Assembly: GCA_963804995.1 (NCBI GenBank)
Contig: CAWDSK010000001.1
Location: forward strand, 288,001-352,000
Origin: an uncultured Acidobacteriota bacterium
Lineage (GTDB): Bacteria; Acidobacteriota; Terriglobia; UBA7540
Direction of reading: 5' to 3'
Length of the DNA stretch: 64,000 bases
Position 1 is the first letter of the stretch, and every line of letters starts with the position of its first letter. The position numbers were made by a program, and so were the translations under genes. The notes below the pieces were generated by a model. The model ran no database searches. It was not told where the DNA came from and worked only from the letters and a program-made list of their open reading frames with translations. Positions 63,939 through 64,000 of this stretch are shown in pieces.

Positions 63939-64000
63939 ATGACTACGGCTGAGATTCTGGCGGGCTTCCCCAAACTTGCCGCGCTGGTGGTGGGTGACAT
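63939..64000 (+). CDS. PfkB/HldE-kinase-like protein, 5' end only
   Basis: MTTAEILAGFPKLAALVVGD; in an operon with gmhA and the HAD gene. Confidence 0.55.
   Translation, partial: MTTAEILAGFPKLAALVVGD

Overview
GC-rich bacterial chromosomal segment. Gene content and repeat style suggest Acidobacteriota (Terriglobia-like); this is an inference. It carries housekeeping and metabolic genes (rpsT end, mtaB, rpsU, tsaC, anmK, mutS, tlyA, nadK, lysA, tsaB, rimI, lutAB, pruA, tilS-hpt-ftsH, glpF, folP, gmhA), a two-component system divergent from a CusA/CzcA-type RND pump, secreted glycoside hydrolases and an orphan Rhs remnant. The striking feature is a dense set of small repeats (GTAG-type REP doublets, CCCTCTCCC palindromes, MITE-like elements, 7/8-mer arrays) that interact with mobile elements and genes. 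(i) An IS4-like element with a translationally coupled winged-helix accessory gene sits inside a REP hairpin that is duplicated on both sides. (ii) A group II intron is inserted in the terminal inverted repeat of a MITE-like element, and its EBS1 matches that repeat. (iii) Two 190-bp REP-bounded elements end three genes at their GTAG motifs. (iv) Several housekeeping proteins carry long in-frame insertions, two of them made of these repeats. About nine single-base frameshifts in intact-looking genes (including ftsH) are most likely long-read sequencing errors. No rRNA, tRNA or CRISPR array was seen. All assignments were made by eye from motifs; no searches were run.
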